From positions 31,674-95,673 of the forward strand of contig DATFYA010000021.1 in the NCBI GenBank assembly GCA_035315345.1: a DNA stretch of 64,000 nt, given 5' to 3'. A program made the position numbers and the translations under genes. Every line of letters begins with the position of its first letter. Position 1 is the stretch's first letter. The DNA comes from Candidatus Methylomirabilota bacterium (GTDB taxonomy: Bacteria; Methylomirabilota; Methylomirabilia; Rokubacteriales; CSP1-6). Below the pieces are notes generated by a model. That model was not told where the DNA came from and ran no database searches. It was given only the letters and a program-made list of their open reading frames with translations. Below are positions 62,340 through 64,000 of this stretch, one piece after another.

Positions 62340-63845
62340 CTACTTCAGGCTCGCCTCGTGCAGCAGCAGCCACTGGTCCGCTCGTGGTGTCCACGTCACC
62401 CGGTCGCGCGTCGCGTAGATGTCGACCTGCTGCATCAGGAAGACCCACGTGGCGTCCTCGACCATCGCGCGCGCCAGATCGGCGTAGATCTTCTTCCGCC
62501 GGGCCGGGTCCATAGTCGAGCGGCCCGCGTCGAACAGCGCGTCGATCTTCTCGTTCTTGTAGTAGAGGCCGCGGCCTTTCGACGAGACCAGGTTGTACAG
62601 CTCGTCGCCGTCCTGCATCGGACCGCCGAGCCCGAGCAGGTAGGCGTCGGAGAACTGCTTGCCGAGGTAGCGCTTGAAGTAGGCGCCCCACTCCGCCACC
62701 TGCACGCGCGGCTTGACGCCGGCCTTCTGCCACTGCCCGCCCAGCGCCTCCGCGATCTCCTTGTCGCCTTGATAGCGTCCGGCCGGCGCGTCCAGCGAGA
62801 TCTCGAGCCCGTCGGGATAGCCCGCCTCGGCGAGCAGCCGCCGCGCCCGCGCCGGATCCGGCTGGTATCCCTTCACCGACGGATCGAAGCCGAACATCTG
62901 CGGAGTGAACGGCCCGTCCATTCGACGTCCGTTGCCGTCGAGCACGCTCTTCACCAGCGCGTCCACGTCGGTGGCGTAGTTCAGGGCCTGGCGCACCCGC
63001 ACGTCGGAGAGCGGCTTCTTGAAGGCGTTCAGTCCCAGATAGATGATCCACGTGCTGGGCACCCGCTGGACCCGGATGCCGCCGACGCGCTCCAGCTCGC
63101 TGGCCAGGTTGGGCGGCAGCGTGTCGATGAGGTCGACCTCGTTGTTCCGGAGCGCGGCGGCGCGGGTGAACGGCTCCGGGATCGGCTTGAACACGATGCG
63201 GCGGATGCGGGGCGCGCCGCGCCAGTGGCGATCGAACGCCTCGACCACCAGGCGATCGTCCTTCACCAGCTCGACGAACCGGAACGGACCGGTGCCGACC
63301 GGCCGCAGGGCGAGCCCCGGGTTGCCCTTCTCGGCGGTGTACTTCGGCGGCACCATCGGGAAATCGACCAGCCGGTTCAGCAGCGGCGCGTAGGGCTGGC
63401 GCAGCACGAGGTTGACGGTGTGGTCGTCCACGACGTCCACGCGCGCGACCTCGCCGATGTTCGCCCGGTTGGGAGACTTCTGGTTGGGATCGAGCACACG
63501 GTCGAAGGTGAAGCGGACCGCCTCCGCGTCGAACGGCTCGCCGTCGTGGAAGATCACCCCGCGCCGGAGCCTCAGCTGCAGCGTCAGGTCGTCGAGCGCC
63601 TTCCACGACTCCGCGAGCTGGGGCACGATCCGGTTCTCGGCGTCGCGGCCCACCAGCGAGTCGAACATGCTCACGCCCACCTTCGCCCGGATGGACGAGA
63701 GGTTCATGGTCGGATCGAGGTTCTCGGGCGTCCACGGCAGGCCCACGCGCAGCTCCCCCGCGGACTGCCCCGGCGCCGGGACCGGGGCCCCGAGCAGGAG
63801 CAGGAGGACGAGCGCGCTCCGGCGGAGCGCCACGGAGACGCTCAT
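62340..63845 (-). CDS. ABC transporter substrate-binding protein, family 5 (peptide/nickel/opine type)
   Basis: 501 aa with a signal peptide and the SBP_bac_5 fold. Its ATG overlaps the stop of the upstream gene (ATGA). Confidence 0.8.
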   Translation of the reverse strand: MSVSVALRRSALVLLLLLGAPVPAPGQSAGELRVGLPWTPENLDPTMNLSSIRAKVGVSMFDSLVGRDAENRIVPQLAESWKALDDLTLQLRLRRGVIFHDGEPFDAEAVRFTFDRVLDPNQKSPNRANIGEVARVDVVDDHTVNLVLRQPYAPLLNRLVDFPMVPPKYTAEKGNPGLALRPVGTGPFRFVELVKDDRLVVEAFDRHWRGAPRIRRIVFKPIPEPFTRAAALRNNEVDLIDTLPPNLASELERVGGIRVQRVPSTWIIYLGLNAFKKPLSDVRVRQALNYATDVDALVKSVLDGNGRRMDGPFTPQMFGFDPSVKGYQPDPARARRLLAEAGYPDGLEISLDAPAGRYQGDKEIAEALGGQWQKAGVKPRVQVAEWGAYFKRYLGKQFSDAYLLGLGGPMQDGDELYNLVSSKGRGLYYKNEKIDALFDAGRSTMDPARRKKIYADLARAMVEDATWVFLMQQVDIYATRDRVTWTPRADQWLLLHEASLK

Positions 63846-64000
63846 CGCGCCGCCTTCACCGCGGCGAGGACCGCGGACAGGTGGGCGTCCGGAGTGGCCA
63901 GGGGCAGGACGCAGCCCGGGCCGACCAGGATGCCGCGCCCGCCGGTCTGGGCGATCGCCTCGCCGGCTTCCGCGGCGGCGGCGTCGGCCGGCCCGCGCAG
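63841..64000 (-). CDS. partial CDS (3' end): uroporphyrinogen decarboxylase (URO-D) family protein / methyltransferase MtaA-like
   Basis: The C-terminal peptide ...GRGILVGPGCVLPLATPDAHLSAVLAAVKAAR matches the conserved URO-D family C-terminus (GGFILxxGCxLPxxTPxENL). Confidence 0.4.

Overview
This is a 64 kb, very high-GC (about 70%) chromosomal segment from a diderm (Gram-negative-type) bacterium. Almost all genes lie on the minus strand in tight head-to-tail arrays, many joined by 4-nt ATGA/GTGA start/stop overlaps. No transposase, integrase, CRISPR array or obvious defence island was seen.

The content is mostly conserved housekeeping genes, in this order:
- Envelope and protein export: a partial LpxI-like start, a Gfo/Idh/MocA oxidoreductase, lpxA, lpxD, skp and bamA, then clpC, lolD, lolC/E, lysS, prfB (with its programmed +1 frameshift), lnt and a metallophosphoesterase.
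- Riboflavin and cell division: nusB-ribH-ribBA-ribE-ribD, ftsY, a RodZ-like HTH protein, smc, secA, recN, nadK, tlyA and a rhomboid protease.
- An accessory-looking locus: an exported M16B zinc-peptidase pair (one active, one inactive) transcribed divergently from the only long plus-strand gene. That gene encodes a signal-peptide protein made of 41 tandem octapeptide repeats (consensus S/G-Q-D-V/I-Q-A-P-R) on a 24-nt DNA period, with a sigma54-like promoter and an intrinsic terminator. I do not recognise this protein.
- Small genes and tRNA: HIT-phnC-phnE with no binding-protein gene, a small zinc-ribbon ORF, a SAM methyltransferase, an ApaH-like phosphatase, tRNA-Ala(CGC) followed by a decayed tRNA 5'-half copy, and an NfeD/SPFH pair.
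- A long co-directional cluster: agmatinase-like, sufS-sufU, a complete form II CoxSLM-type molybdoenzyme set (coxS-coxL-coxM, mocA, coxD, coxE, xdhC and a MoeA-like gene), immediately preceded by nickel-pincer cofactor genes larE-larB-larC with no larA. The larB/larC junction holds a perfect 3 x 42-bp tandem repeat.
- The window ends with an adenosine-kinase-like gene, mtnP, mtaB, rlmN, a membrane protein, a small RHH-like ORF, a family-5 substrate-binding protein and the 3' end of a URO-D-family gene.

Manually derived coordinates may be off by one or two nucleotides.
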